Positions 25,708 through 35,196 of a stretch of DNA of 64,000 nt are shown here, in pieces. The stretch is taken from NCBI GenBank assembly GCA_965277185.1, contig CBDICC010000020.1:63145-127144 (forward strand). The letters run 5' to 3'. The stretch is from Cytophagales bacterium (lineage in GTDB: Bacteria > Bacteroidota > Bacteroidia > Cytophagales > JAHDFW01). The position numbers and the translations under genes were made by a program. Position 1 is the first letter of the stretch, and each line of letters starts with the position of its first letter. The notes beneath the pieces are model-generated. The model searched no databases. It was not told the DNA's origin and saw nothing but the letters and a program-made list of their open reading frames with translations.

Positions 25708-28700
25708 TTACTTTGATTTAGACGGTTTTGAACGTTTAATTAATTCATCTTGATTTGCTTCCAACTTAGCTAAAACGCGAAGTAATAGTTGATATGATAC
25801 ATTATCAGAGGATTGTTGTAGTTGCACCGGCTGTCCAGGTTGATCAGAAGTCTTAGGTTGCTCTGTAGGTTGTGGTGCTTGTGCAAGTGTTCCATGAATT
25901 TCATTTAAGCTATTGCCCAATGATTCCAATTGACTTTCTAGTCCGGAGAAATCTACTCCATCAGAATGTTTGGATCGATTGTTTTGCACAAAAGTGGTTG
26001 TGATGTTTTTCCAACGCTCTTGTTCTTCTTCTGTAATTATTCCGAAAATTTGCTTGAACTTTAGCATGTTTGCCTCCGCTCCTGTGGTCAAGGTCTGACT
26101 TTCGTTTTCATAATGAGAAGAAAGCAACGTTTTCAACTCCTGATCATTCATGATAGGAGATAAGCGCTCTACAATTTTGTTCATATTACGATAGGACCCT
26201 TGTAGTTTAAATGGTGGTTCTTCTCGATATTCGTCCGATTGTCCTGCCGATTCGATATACTGAAGATTGACCTTTAATACAATTTTTTGAACTTCCAGTA
26301 CTTTTTGAAGCAATGAAACACACTCACTAATCTCCTCAGGTGAATAATTGCCAGTTAAATCAATCCCAGTCATGTCGCCTGTACGTGCAGCTTTGACCAA
26401 CTTCAAGAAATCTTCTTGATCTTTTGAAGCGACTTTATTCAATATTGAGTTAGAAGAGGTGCTATTTTCGATGTAACTTAATTTGAAGGATTCGTCATTG
26501 TCCCCCATGATATCTCCTAGATTGTAAATGTCGGCCCGATTGGCTAACATATCCGGAATACGGAATTTTTCGCCACTTTCAGTGTATGGGTTTCCAGCCA
26601 TAATTACGGCGACTTTTTTACCTCTAAAGTCGTACGTTTTTGCCTTTCCTTTGTAAACTCCTTCTACTTTTCGTTGAGCATCACATAATGAAATGAATTT
26701 TTGTAAAAACTCAGGATTACAATGCTGAATATCGTCAAGATATATCATTACGTTATCCCCCATTTCGAAGGCGAGATTTAATTTTTTCAATTCCTCCCGG
26801 GCACTTGCATTTCCAGCCTGTTCCGGATCCATTGAGGTAACTTCATGCCCAATGGAAGGACCATTGATTTTCATGAAAACAACGCCTAAACGACTAGCGA
26901 TATATTCCATTAAGGTCGTTTTACCATAACCTGGAGGAGAGATCAATAGAAGCATTCCCATTAAGTCGGTCCGTTTGTCTTCTCCTGCCGTACCAATTTG
27001 TTTGGCCAAGTTAGCCCCAATTAAAGGCAAGTAAACCTTGTCTATAAGTTGGTTTCGGACAAAGGAGCCCATCACCCTTGGTTTGAATTCTTTTAGGCGT
27101 AATTCGGATTCAAATCGGTGCAATAGGTCTTGCTTATATTCTCTGAATTGTAAGAATTCAGGCACTTGTATATTTACAAAATCCTTTAATCGGGAAGAAA
27201 GACTACGGTAGTTTAAAATATATTTTTCCTCACTAATAACCGAATGAGAGCCATTCATGCCATCAATTTCTTGTTCAGTAGCGACTCTAACTACATTTTT
27301 ACTCTTTGGTTTACCGTTTAATAGGATGAAGGCAATTTCATCTGTGTAATTTTCATATTGAGGATGCTTAAGCATCCAAGACTCTATCCAACTCCGAACC
27401 AAATGCAATTTTTTAGAAATAGATTCATTTAACTCGTTAATGGAGGTTTCAAAAGAGCTTAAGGCTCGTTTTTCCTTTAAATAAGCATTGAATTCTCCAA
27501 ATCCGTCAAAGGCAGCACCCTCAACTATGAATTCATCGTGGCATGAAATCTCTTCAAAGAGATATTCAGCCGCAGAATCAATTAGGTCTTCTGAAAATAG
27601 CTTGGTTTCGTCAATAAATGCGCTGAGTTGTATTTTTAAATGCGCAAGTAAATTGTCGAAAACATTGGAGTCAGGAAAGACAGATAATACTGCTCCTGCA
27701 CCTTTTAACTGTTTTTCCATGGTGGACTTATCTTCCGCAAAATACGTCCAATAGATCGAAGCAAGAGCTCTTGCACTCGAACTGAAACGAAGACGTTTAG
27801 CCTCTAAATGGAGGGAAATTAGTTGGAATAATATTTTTGCAGCATCAAAATCATGAATTCCTTTCACATATCCTTCGTTGTATCTCAACGACATTTTTGT
27901 CTGCGTAAAAAGAATCAACTCCTTTTCCGTCTGGGTATGTAATGTTTGGAGCGTAAATAGATTATTATCGGGATCATCTAATTTAGCGAGCAATGCTTCT
28001 TGGAAAATGGTGTAGGCTAAATATTCTGCTCGATACACTTGTGAATTTTCCGATACTACAGATTGACTCCAAATTGCTTGGCTGTCATTGATTTTTGCAT
28101 CCTCAATTTCTTCGAAAAAATTTGTGCCTGTAATATGGAAGTGCATTTTTTCATTTCGCTCAATCATTGATACTCCAACAGATTGATCATTGACCAGGAA
28201 ATTATGATTACCAAAAGAAAGAGTGCTTCCATCCTCTGTGAAGAGTTCTTTTTTGTCTTTTAATTGGCGTACAGATTCTTCCTTGGCTGTATTAAGTTTA
28301 CTTTGGATGTCATCTGATTTTATCGAATCACCTAATTTTAAAAGCTGATCAATAATAGATCGGGCCTTTTCTACCATCAAATCAGAAGCCATGTAACCAT
28401 TAATCTCATTGACATCTTGTAGTTGGGCAAGGCGATTTTTGATGGCTTTTATCAATCGTTCAGCAGATTGATAGAGCGCATTATTCTTTTTATCAAGTGC
28501 TTCTTTGATTTCAATTTTTCGACCGTCAAACGCATTATAAATTTCTTCTCGCTTAATGGCTAACTTTTCGATGTACTCGTCGAAATCAGAAAACTTCCCT
28601 TCCAATTCCTCCACTTGAATCATTAATTTGGTCAGGTATTCTTCACACTTGGATGTGGTGTCACATAAATCCAAATAGTTTATTAAACCTTGTCCAATCA

Positions 28701-30783
28701 AATTCATTTGAGCAGTGAACTCTGCTTTTCCTTCCACAGAAAGTAATTCTTTCCGTCTCTTTTTTAACGCAGCACGAAGGGTGTTGTACTGAGCATAAAT
28801 GGAAGAGATTTGATCGATAATGGAGGTAGTTTGCGTGGCGTCCTCAATTTTCAAATTACTTACCACATCTATTAATAATTCAAGCTCTTTTGCACGATCG
28901 TTGATGTTTTGATCTACTTCATTTGCTTCAACGACCTTCTTGGTGTCTTTGATGTCTTGTTCAAGAACTCCAATTTTATCTTGATAGGGTGTAAGGGCAT
29001 TGGGTTTTATTAGGAAGTTAACGCATCCTTGCGAGAGCAATTCATTTTGCTTGCCAAGTTGAGTTTCGAACGCTTCTACTGCTTCAATGTCGATGTACCT
29101 AAGTTCTTTAAGCGAAATAACTTCTCCTCGAAGAATTCTAAATGCCGCAAGATCTTCCACAAACTCACTGACCGCTTTTCGATTTGCACGCTTAACTTTT
29201 GCAATAAGTGTAGTTACATTTTCGCCCACTTTTTCGAATTGATCAGTAGTGTTCTTTCGGATTTGAACAACTTTTTCGAATTCTTCAATGGCCGTATTGG
29301 AAGTGCCTTTGATTTCAGTAATGGGTGCCGCAAGATTGTACGTTTCTTCCTGATTAAGCCAGAAATAAGCATCCAAGGTGTTTGTAGATGACTTTAAAAG
29401 ATCGGCATACAAACCGCCATAGGAGTCATCTTTGTCAATTAAATTGAGGAGGTCATTGCATTCAGCCATAGCTCGAACAACTTCCTTATTTCCAATCTTC
29501 TGTAAATAACTATCTGAATTGGATGCAATTTGAAAATCAGCGTGTGTGTAAGGCGTTTGCCAAATTTGAATTTGATGGATCTTTTTAGGTTCTGTGTCTT
29601 CTTTGAAAAAAGCCAGTTCCCCATTTTCAAATAAGGAGTATCCATTACACGTAATAGGTGTTTTGACGGATTGATCAATAATATTGTAGGAAAGAAGTAA
29701 GTATCTTCCGAATTCCAAATTGTAAAAGACAAACAAGAAATCCTCTCCATTTGGGGATGGGATTTTACGTTCAAATAGCGTCTCATTTACATTGTGTTCT
29801 ATTATTTTAAATTCACCAGATTGAAGACAATATCCCGTTGAAAAAATAATACCCTGATCATCAGGAAGTAAAACGCATCCATTCGCAATGGCATCAATTC
29901 GTTTCGCTTTTTGTGTCTTTTTGTTAAATACAATGTACCGCCATTCTTTTTCCTGAAATGGTAGAATTTTGAAAAGAAATAGATTCCCAACGCGTGCATA
30001 AAAGATATCCGCATCATCTAATGTTTGATCGGCTTGATCCACTAATTCGGCATATACTCCTTTGCCTGTGGCAGTGTTGTTTTCAACTTTGATGGTAATG
30101 TCACCGCCAATTGATTCCACAAATACTTCGTCTTCAATCGATACATGTGGATGTTCTCCATCCATGTGCATGTCACGGGTTGTTTTTGTCCACTGAAATT
30201 CCGTTTGTTCTGGAAAACGAAATTCATGGTCACTTCGAGCATCTTGGTATTCAATGGTATCTTCTTTTATCAACCATTTGAACGTTTTAATGTCTTTCAC
30301 ATTTTTTCCAGATCGAAAAACCATGTAAAGGAAAGTGCCAATCTTAGAAAACTTTACAAATTGAGTATGTTTATAATATTTGTAGAGATTGTCGAAATCA
30401 TTTAAGAAAGTAGGATCTTTTAGAGGCTCTAAAGAGGTCTCTGTGTACTGATGATTTTCATACGCATAGGTACTAATTACATCGGCAACGTCTATTTTAG
30501 TTTTTAGGCCAAATTGTACGTTGTAGCCAAAGAGAATCATCTTTCCTATGGAAATCATATCCCACGGAACACAGTTGTTTTGAGTACTAATGCGTTCGGT
30601 AGTAATGATTTTTGTGTCAATAGATCCAAATGCGGTCTTTCGCTCGTCGTTAAGCTTGCCTAATCGAAGCCTAAGATCTTCGCCTTGTTTATTAAGCCGA
30701 TTTCTTAAAATTTCATAGGTGCCACCCTCTAATTCGACATTAGCTGGATTATTGGTTGTATCGTTGGATTTGCTTTCTGACAT
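25708..30783 (-). CDS. giant cytoplasmic multidomain protein (1691 aa) with a MoxR/AAA_5-type AAA+ ATPase module
   Basis: ATG start with no signal peptide or TM segment. The first roughly 430 residues are beta-rich and a helical/coiled-coil region of about 700 aa follows. The AAA+ core carries Walker A 'ISPPGYGKTTLMEY', Walker B 'VMIYLDDIQHCNPE' and a sensor region 'VAVIMAGNPYTESGEKFRIPDMLANRADIYNL' (MoxR-like 'ATQNP...LPEA.LDRF'). A Gln/Pro-rich C-terminal tail completes it. Confidence 0.7.
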   Translation of the reverse strand: MSESKSNDTTNNPANVELEGGTYEILRNRLNKQGEDLRLRLGKLNDERKTAFGSIDTKIITTERISTQNNCVPWDMISIGKMILFGYNVQFGLKTKIDVADVISTYAYENHQYTETSLEPLKDPTFLNDFDNLYKYYKHTQFVKFSKIGTFLYMVFRSGKNVKDIKTFKWLIKEDTIEYQDARSDHEFRFPEQTEFQWTKTTRDMHMDGEHPHVSIEDEVFVESIGGDITIKVENNTATGKGVYAELVDQADQTLDDADIFYARVGNLFLFKILPFQEKEWRYIVFNKKTQKAKRIDAIANGCVLLPDDQGIIFSTGYCLQSGEFKIIEHNVNETLFERKIPSPNGEDFLFVFYNLEFGRYLLLSYNIIDQSVKTPITCNGYSLFENGELAFFKEDTEPKKIHQIQIWQTPYTHADFQIASNSDSYLQKIGNKEVVRAMAECNDLLNLIDKDDSYGGLYADLLKSSTNTLDAYFWLNQEETYNLAAPITEIKGTSNTAIEEFEKVVQIRKNTTDQFEKVGENVTTLIAKVKRANRKAVSEFVEDLAAFRILRGEVISLKELRYIDIEAVEAFETQLGKQNELLSQGCVNFLIKPNALTPYQDKIGVLEQDIKDTKKVVEANEVDQNINDRAKELELLIDVVSNLKIEDATQTTSIIDQISSIYAQYNTLRAALKKRRKELLSVEGKAEFTAQMNLIGQGLINYLDLCDTTSKCEEYLTKLMIQVEELEGKFSDFDEYIEKLAIKREEIYNAFDGRKIEIKEALDKKNNALYQSAERLIKAIKNRLAQLQDVNEINGYMASDLMVEKARSIIDQLLKLGDSIKSDDIQSKLNTAKEESVRQLKDKKELFTEDGSTLSFGNHNFLVNDQSVGVSMIERNEKMHFHITGTNFFEEIEDAKINDSQAIWSQSVVSENSQVYRAEYLAYTIFQEALLAKLDDPDNNLFTLQTLHTQTEKELILFTQTKMSLRYNEGYVKGIHDFDAAKILFQLISLHLEAKRLRFSSSARALASIYWTYFAEDKSTMEKQLKGAGAVLSVFPDSNVFDNLLAHLKIQLSAFIDETKLFSEDLIDSAAEYLFEEISCHDEFIVEGAAFDGFGEFNAYLKEKRALSSFETSINELNESISKKLHLVRSWIESWMLKHPQYENYTDEIAFILLNGKPKSKNVVRVATEQEIDGMNGSHSVISEEKYILNYRSLSSRLKDFVNIQVPEFLQFREYKQDLLHRFESELRLKEFKPRVMGSFVRNQLIDKVYLPLIGANLAKQIGTAGEDKRTDLMGMLLLISPPGYGKTTLMEYIASRLGVVFMKINGPSIGHEVTSMDPEQAGNASAREELKKLNLAFEMGDNVMIYLDDIQHCNPEFLQKFISLCDAQRKVEGVYKGKAKTYDFRGKKVAVIMAGNPYTESGEKFRIPDMLANRADIYNLGDIMGDNDESFKLSYIENSTSSNSILNKVASKDQEDFLKLVKAARTGDMTGIDLTGNYSPEEISECVSLLQKVLEVQKIVLKVNLQYIESAGQSDEYREEPPFKLQGSYRNMNKIVERLSPIMNDQELKTLLSSHYENESQTLTTGAEANMLKFKQIFGIITEEEQERWKNITTTFVQNNRSKHSDGVDFSGLESQLESLGNSLNEIHGTLAQAPQPTEQPKTSDQPGQPVQLQQSSDNVSYQLLLRVLAKLEANQDELIKRSKPSKSK

Positions 30784-30949
30784 ACTATCTCAAAAACAGT
30801 TGTTGAACTTCTGTATATATTAATTTTCTATGCACTATTAGGCAACATCCTAAATTAGATTGAAGGGGGCATAGTTTAATTAGGTAATTTAATTGCCCCC
30901 TTAACAAATTTGTTGCCATCAACTCACTTTTCAGCGAGAAGGGACTTCA

Positions 30950-33052
30950 TTAAATAAGTCCCAAGTCTCCTACCGCTTTATTGGCAATTCCTAAGAAATT
31001 GGCCATGTTTAGCAAGCTTCCTAAAGAGTTTTGAGTCTCTTCATTCGTAGATTTGTTGGCCATCGTGTTCAATAAGTTAGCGACAGAAAGATTTTTGACG
31101 TCATCGGAATTCATTCCGAATTGGCCAATGAAATCTTTAAGATTCTCTTTAAATGAAAGACCATTTTTAGTATCGAAGAAGGTGTCCTTGATTTGAGTAA
31201 GGGTTTGGCTATTATCCATTAATCGATCCGTTGATTTACCTTTAGTAATGGAGTTTACAATTTTGTCAAAGAATTGCCCATCACCACCAACAATATCGAT
31301 GTTGGCTTGCGCTAATGCTTGAGCGAGTACTTTGGCTTGAGCTTCCGCTATATCGGACTGAATATTGATGTGTGCCAATTCAATTTCTTTGTCTTTGTCC
31401 AATCTTAATTTGAATTCCTCATGATCTCTTCCAACTCCATCAAGCTTTTGCATAGCGTTTGCTTTCTGCTCAATTCCTTTTGCTTCAGCTTCGTATTTTA
31501 ACTCATCAACTTTCGCTTCTGCAGTACCTTGCTTTTCAATGGCACTAGCCTTCGTTTCAATTACCTCGGCTTCTGCAAAACCTTTTTCTTTGTCTCCAGT
31601 GGCATAGGCGAGAGCTTCTAATTCGATTATTTTCGCATCCGATTCACCTTTTTTGATCATGGCAGAGGCTGTAGCTTCGATCACTTGAGCTTCTCCCATT
31701 CCTTTTGCAGCTACTTCAGCGGCTTCTGCTTCAGCCATTATTTTCTTAGCTTCAGCTTGCTTGACGGCCGCTTCTTTTTGAGCTTCCGCCTGGATTAATA
31801 ATTCTTTCGCTAAATGCTCAGCCGATGCCTTGCGTGCTTCTGCTGCTTTAATTTCCTTCACAAGATTTTCTTGCGCTTCTTGTTCTGCTTTTGTTAAAGC
31901 GACAGTCTTTTCACGATCCGCTCCGGCAAATGCCACAGTATCTTTGATTTTCTCTTGCTCTTCGACAACGGCCTTTTCAACTACAACCCGTTCTCTGATT
32001 ACCTCTTGAATATCTCTACGCTCTTCCTCTACCGCTTTTTCTTTTGCAATTTGAGCTAGTGTAACAATCTTTTCTCTTTCAGTAATTTCAAGTTCTTGCT
32101 CTTTCTTTACGCGTTCCTCTTCAATCACTTTCGCCCGCTCCATGTTTAATCTAGCTATTTCGATTTGACGAATTTTGTTTTGTTCTAAAACGGCTATTTC
32201 TTCAGTGGCTGAAATTCGTGCACGTTCCGATTTTTGGAATTCTTCTTCTTTTACTTTATCGATTTCCGCTTGTTCACGAGAATGGATCGTTTCTATTTCA
32301 CGACGTTGCTCTTCCTCTTTTTCTTTCAATTGCTTTTCGAGTTCCAAAACGGTTTCTCGAGCTTCAACATCTTGTTTTTTGATTGTTTTTTCTTTGTCAC
32401 GTTCGATTAAATTGGATTTTACTTTTTCCTGAGATGTTAAATCAATAATCTTTTTGATCCCTTCTGCATCAAGAATATTGAACTCATCCAATTGAGTCAT
32501 TGGTGTCTGTTCTAAGTAATCAATAGCACAATCGTCCAAAACATAACCATTTAAGTCCGTTCCGATTACTTGTAGAATTTCCTTCTTAAACTCATCTCGA
32601 GCATTATACAATTCTACAAAGTCGAATCGCTTACCGACTGTTTTTAATGCTTCAGAAAACTTTGCATCAAACAAAGATTCCAGCATTTTTGGATCTGAGG
32701 CACGAGGAGCTCCAATGGATTGAGCTACGGTGACGACATCTTCCTTGGTTTTATTTACTCGAACAAAGAACGTTACTTTGATGTCAGCACGCATATTGTC
32801 TTTGCAAATCAGACCGTCTCCCCCTTCTCGGGCTGTAATAATTTTCTTTACCGTTATGTCCATCAATTCATGGCGATGGAGAACGGGGATAATAATGATC
32901 CCGTTAAAACTGACTTTGGTGCCTCCGACACCTGTCCGTACAATTGATTGTCCTTGCTTGGCTTTTTTGTACCATGTGGCAATCATTACAAGTATTGCTA
33001 TGGAAAAGAGTACCAAGACTCCGATGGAAATGTATAAGGTTGAACCTAGCAT
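30950..33052 (-). CDS. flotillin / SPFH (band-7) family protein, YqiK-like, with a long Ala/Glu/Lys-rich coiled coil
   Basis: 700 aa. An N-terminal TM helix is followed by an SPFH domain ('VRTGVGGTKVSFNGIIIIPVLHRHELMDI..KDNMRADIKVTFFVRV'), then a long EA-repeat coiled coil ('EAKKIMAEAEAAEVAAKGMGEAQ'). Confidence 0.8.
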   Translation of the reverse strand: MLGSTLYISIGVLVLFSIAILVMIATWYKKAKQGQSIVRTGVGGTKVSFNGIIIIPVLHRHELMDITVKKIITAREGGDGLICKDNMRADIKVTFFVRVNKTKEDVVTVAQSIGAPRASDPKMLESLFDAKFSEALKTVGKRFDFVELYNARDEFKKEILQVIGTDLNGYVLDDCAIDYLEQTPMTQLDEFNILDAEGIKKIIDLTSQEKVKSNLIERDKEKTIKKQDVEARETVLELEKQLKEKEEEQRREIETIHSREQAEIDKVKEEEFQKSERARISATEEIAVLEQNKIRQIEIARLNMERAKVIEEERVKKEQELEITEREKIVTLAQIAKEKAVEEERRDIQEVIRERVVVEKAVVEEQEKIKDTVAFAGADREKTVALTKAEQEAQENLVKEIKAAEARKASAEHLAKELLIQAEAQKEAAVKQAEAKKIMAEAEAAEVAAKGMGEAQVIEATASAMIKKGESDAKIIELEALAYATGDKEKGFAEAEVIETKASAIEKQGTAEAKVDELKYEAEAKGIEQKANAMQKLDGVGRDHEEFKLRLDKDKEIELAHINIQSDIAEAQAKVLAQALAQANIDIVGGDGQFFDKIVNSITKGKSTDRLMDNSQTLTQIKDTFFDTKNGLSFKENLKDFIGQFGMNSDDVKNLSVANLLNTMANKSTNEETQNSLGSLLNMANFLGIANKAVGDLGLI

Positions 33053-33137
33053 ATAATATTATTTAGTTAAGTGAAAAATAAAGGGTTGTATAGTATAGTT
33101 AGTTATTGGTGTTTTCAATAAGTTGAATTTAATATAT

Positions 33138-33818
33138 TTAACTGTCAAAAGGAGCAATGATGAAATAATCTGCACTTGCTTGCTCCACAATGATGGCTTG
33201 AGCACCTTTGGGGATTTCAATGCCTTCTCGTGTTTTAGCTGTGAGAATAAATGACTCTCCTTCAAGCCTAACTTCAATTTGGCCAATACTTTTAGAGTCA
33301 CATCGAAGTGTAACTCGGCCAATTTTTCCGACTAATTCACTTTTGTGCATCGCATCGTCGTTCAATCGATTGAAAATTCCCACAAAAGGAGTAGTTGCTA
33401 TTTTTGAAATCATTAAGCTGACCATGAAGTTTGGGATCAAAATTAAAAAAGAGATCCAAAATACAGAAATGCCCATGTAATGATTGACATTCATTGATAT
33501 AAACCATAAAGGAAGACATAACGCTGTCATGAAGACCATAAAAGGCACTTTTCCCAAATTGAAAAAAGAGAGTATTTCGTTAAATAATCCCGGACCTGAG
33601 CTGACTTCGGCATTCGTCTCTACATGACCATCTACCTCAATGTGTGTGTCAACATCAAAATCAGCATCTACATCTACTTCCATTTCAATGTCAAAATCCC
33701 CAAAACCAAGGTCCAGCGCGCCCACAATTACCATGATCCAGTAAAGGATTACAAGAAGCAGTAATATGGTTGGCAGCAAATTTACTTGGTGGAATGCAGC
33801 ATGAAATAAGTCGGACAT
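33138..33818 (-). CDS. NfeD-like membrane protein (YqiJ-like; C-terminal OB-fold)
   Basis: 226 aa. N-terminal TM helices are followed by an acidic linker ('DFDIEMEVDVDADFDVDTHIEVDGHVE'), more TM helices, then a C-terminal OB-like beta domain ('LVGKIGRVTLRCDSKSIGQIEVRLEGESFILTAKT'). It sits immediately upstream of the flotillin gene, like the E. coli yqiJ-yqiK and B. subtilis nfeD-floT pairs. Confidence 0.6.
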   Translation of the reverse strand: MSDLFHAAFHQVNLLPTILLLLVILYWIMVIVGALDLGFGDFDIEMEVDVDADFDVDTHIEVDGHVETNAEVSSGPGLFNEILSFFNLGKVPFMVFMTALCLPLWFISMNVNHYMGISVFWISFLILIPNFMVSLMISKIATTPFVGIFNRLNDDAMHKSELVGKIGRVTLRCDSKSIGQIEVRLEGESFILTAKTREGIEIPKGAQAIIVEQASADYFIIAPFDS

Positions 33819-33891
33819 TATAGGTAGTTAGTGGTTAGTTGAGTTGAAAATTTAGGCATTTAGAATTTGAAAGAAGAGACCAAAATATTAA

Positions 33892-34617
33892 TTAATTTTG
33901 ATCTTTCTCTTCCTTTTTGGTATTCATTTTTTCTTTGAGAGCAGCAAGTTCGTCTTGCACCTCATTTTTGGCAGTGTCTCCCAAAGCTTTGTCAATTTCC
34001 TCATCGATTGACTTAGCTTCGTTGGCCATTTCACCGTAAGACTGAGCAAGCGCTTCTTCTTGTGCTACCTTTTCTTTCATTCTTTCTAGCATTGAAACAG
34101 TACTGGAAGAATCGATGTTCGCCATTTGTTTATTTATGTTTTTGGTAGCCTTGCTTACTTTTGCACGTGCAGTAAGAGTCTTTAACTCACTTTCCCATTT
34201 TGCAATGTCAGACTTAAGTCTTTTCACGTTTGTTTCAAGATTATTCACAGATGTTTCGTGCTTTTCTAAATTTCCTTTAGAAACACCATATGCTTCCAAA
34301 CATTCTTTTTTTCTAAGCAGGGATTCTGTTGCCAGTCGATCTGCTTCCGCAGAATCCATCTCTCCATTTCCTCCTTTTTTTATGAGTAACATGGCTTTGT
34401 GTTCATAATCGTTCGATTGGGACATTTTAGCATCCGCTTCGCTTTTTGTTCGAATAGCCAAAGCTTTAATTTCTGCCAACGCCATCATTGCTTTTTCTAA
34501 GTCCTCTTTTAATTCTCTGATTCCTTGCTCAGTCATATTAATAGGATCTTCTAATTTGTCTACTGCAGCATGTGATTCTGCTGTTCCTATTCTAAAAATT
34601 CGTTTAAATATGTTCAT
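33892..34617 (-). CDS. pspA: PspA/IM30 family protein (phage-shock protein A / Vipp1-like; bacterial ESCRT-III)
   Basis: From the ATG at 34617, 'MNIFKRIFRIGTAESHAAVDKLEDPINMTEQGIRELKEDL' matches the PspA N-terminus ('M.IFsR..di..a...a.ld..EDP....eQ'). The protein is fully coiled-coil and about 241 aa. The ORF-track start at 34683 is an upstream extension. Confidence 0.8.
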   Translation of the reverse strand: MNIFKRIFRIGTAESHAAVDKLEDPINMTEQGIRELKEDLEKAMMALAEIKALAIRTKSEADAKMSQSNDYEHKAMLLIKKGGNGEMDSAEADRLATESLLRKKECLEAYGVSKGNLEKHETSVNNLETNVKRLKSDIAKWESELKTLTARAKVSKATKNINKQMANIDSSSTVSMLERMKEKVAQEEALAQSYGEMANEAKSIDEEIDKALGDTAKNEVQDELAALKEKMNTKKEEKDQN

Positions 34618-34669
34618 GGTATTTGGGTTTAATAATAAATGTTTTGTGATAAAATAAGAGTTAACTATG

Positions 34670-35065
34670 CTATGCGTAAGCAAACTTGATTAACTCATCT
34701 GAATATTCACTTAACAATAGGCTTAGTGAATTAATGGTTCCTTCAATTTCATTTGAATCAAGATTTTCTAATTGCAACGTGTCTCTGAAAATAACCTTGG
34801 TTCCTGTTTCGTCCAGTACAAATGCTCCATGAATGATATCTCTGTTTTTTTGAAGCAGGCTTTTGCAAATTTCTCCTGAGTTGCCTTTTAATTCAAATAT
34901 GAACTGCTCGAAAATAATTAATGGATCTGCGATCCCTACAACTAAATTGTTGAGCCCAGATGACTCATCATTGATGACGAATACTCCTTCATTTTCATCT
35001 TGAAAGGAAACATCATAGCCGAGGTCTAATAGTTGTTGTTGTACTTTTTTAAATTGATCTTTCAT
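34670..35065 (-). CDS. YbjN-clan / DUF2170-like small protein (YjfI-like partner of the PspA-like gene)
   Basis: About 131 aa from the ATG at 35065 (the ORF track gives TTG at 35107). The mixed alpha/beta pattern 'LLDLGYDVSFQDENEGVFVINDESSGLNNLVVGIADPLIIFEQFIFEL' resembles the YbjN/T3SS-chaperone-like fold. Gene order mirrors E. coli yjfI-yjfJ. Confidence 0.45.
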   Translation of the reverse strand: MKDQFKKVQQQLLDLGYDVSFQDENEGVFVINDESSGLNNLVVGIADPLIIFEQFIFELKGNSGEICKSLLQKNRDIIHGAFVLDETGTKVIFRDTLQLENLDSNEIEGTINSLSLLLSEYSDELIKFAYA

Positions 35066-35196
35066 CTGTGTGTTAGTTTTGCTACTCCTATTGCTTGTTT
35101 TAATCAATATTGCGGCGTTTTACTATTATTTACGCAGACAATATACAAAAGTTTCATATATTTGCTAAAATATTTAGCAAAATTAATTTTTAACAG

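Noticed and set aside
27488-30405. Antisense or embedded ORFs within the giant AAA+ gene (27488..27754, 29029..29391, 29439..29786, 29802..30017, 30042..30254, 30145..30405)
   Set aside because: They are low-complexity shadow ORFs inside a 5-kb continuous reading frame with recognisable AAA+ motifs. Some share the giant gene's frame as internal Met sub-ORFs.
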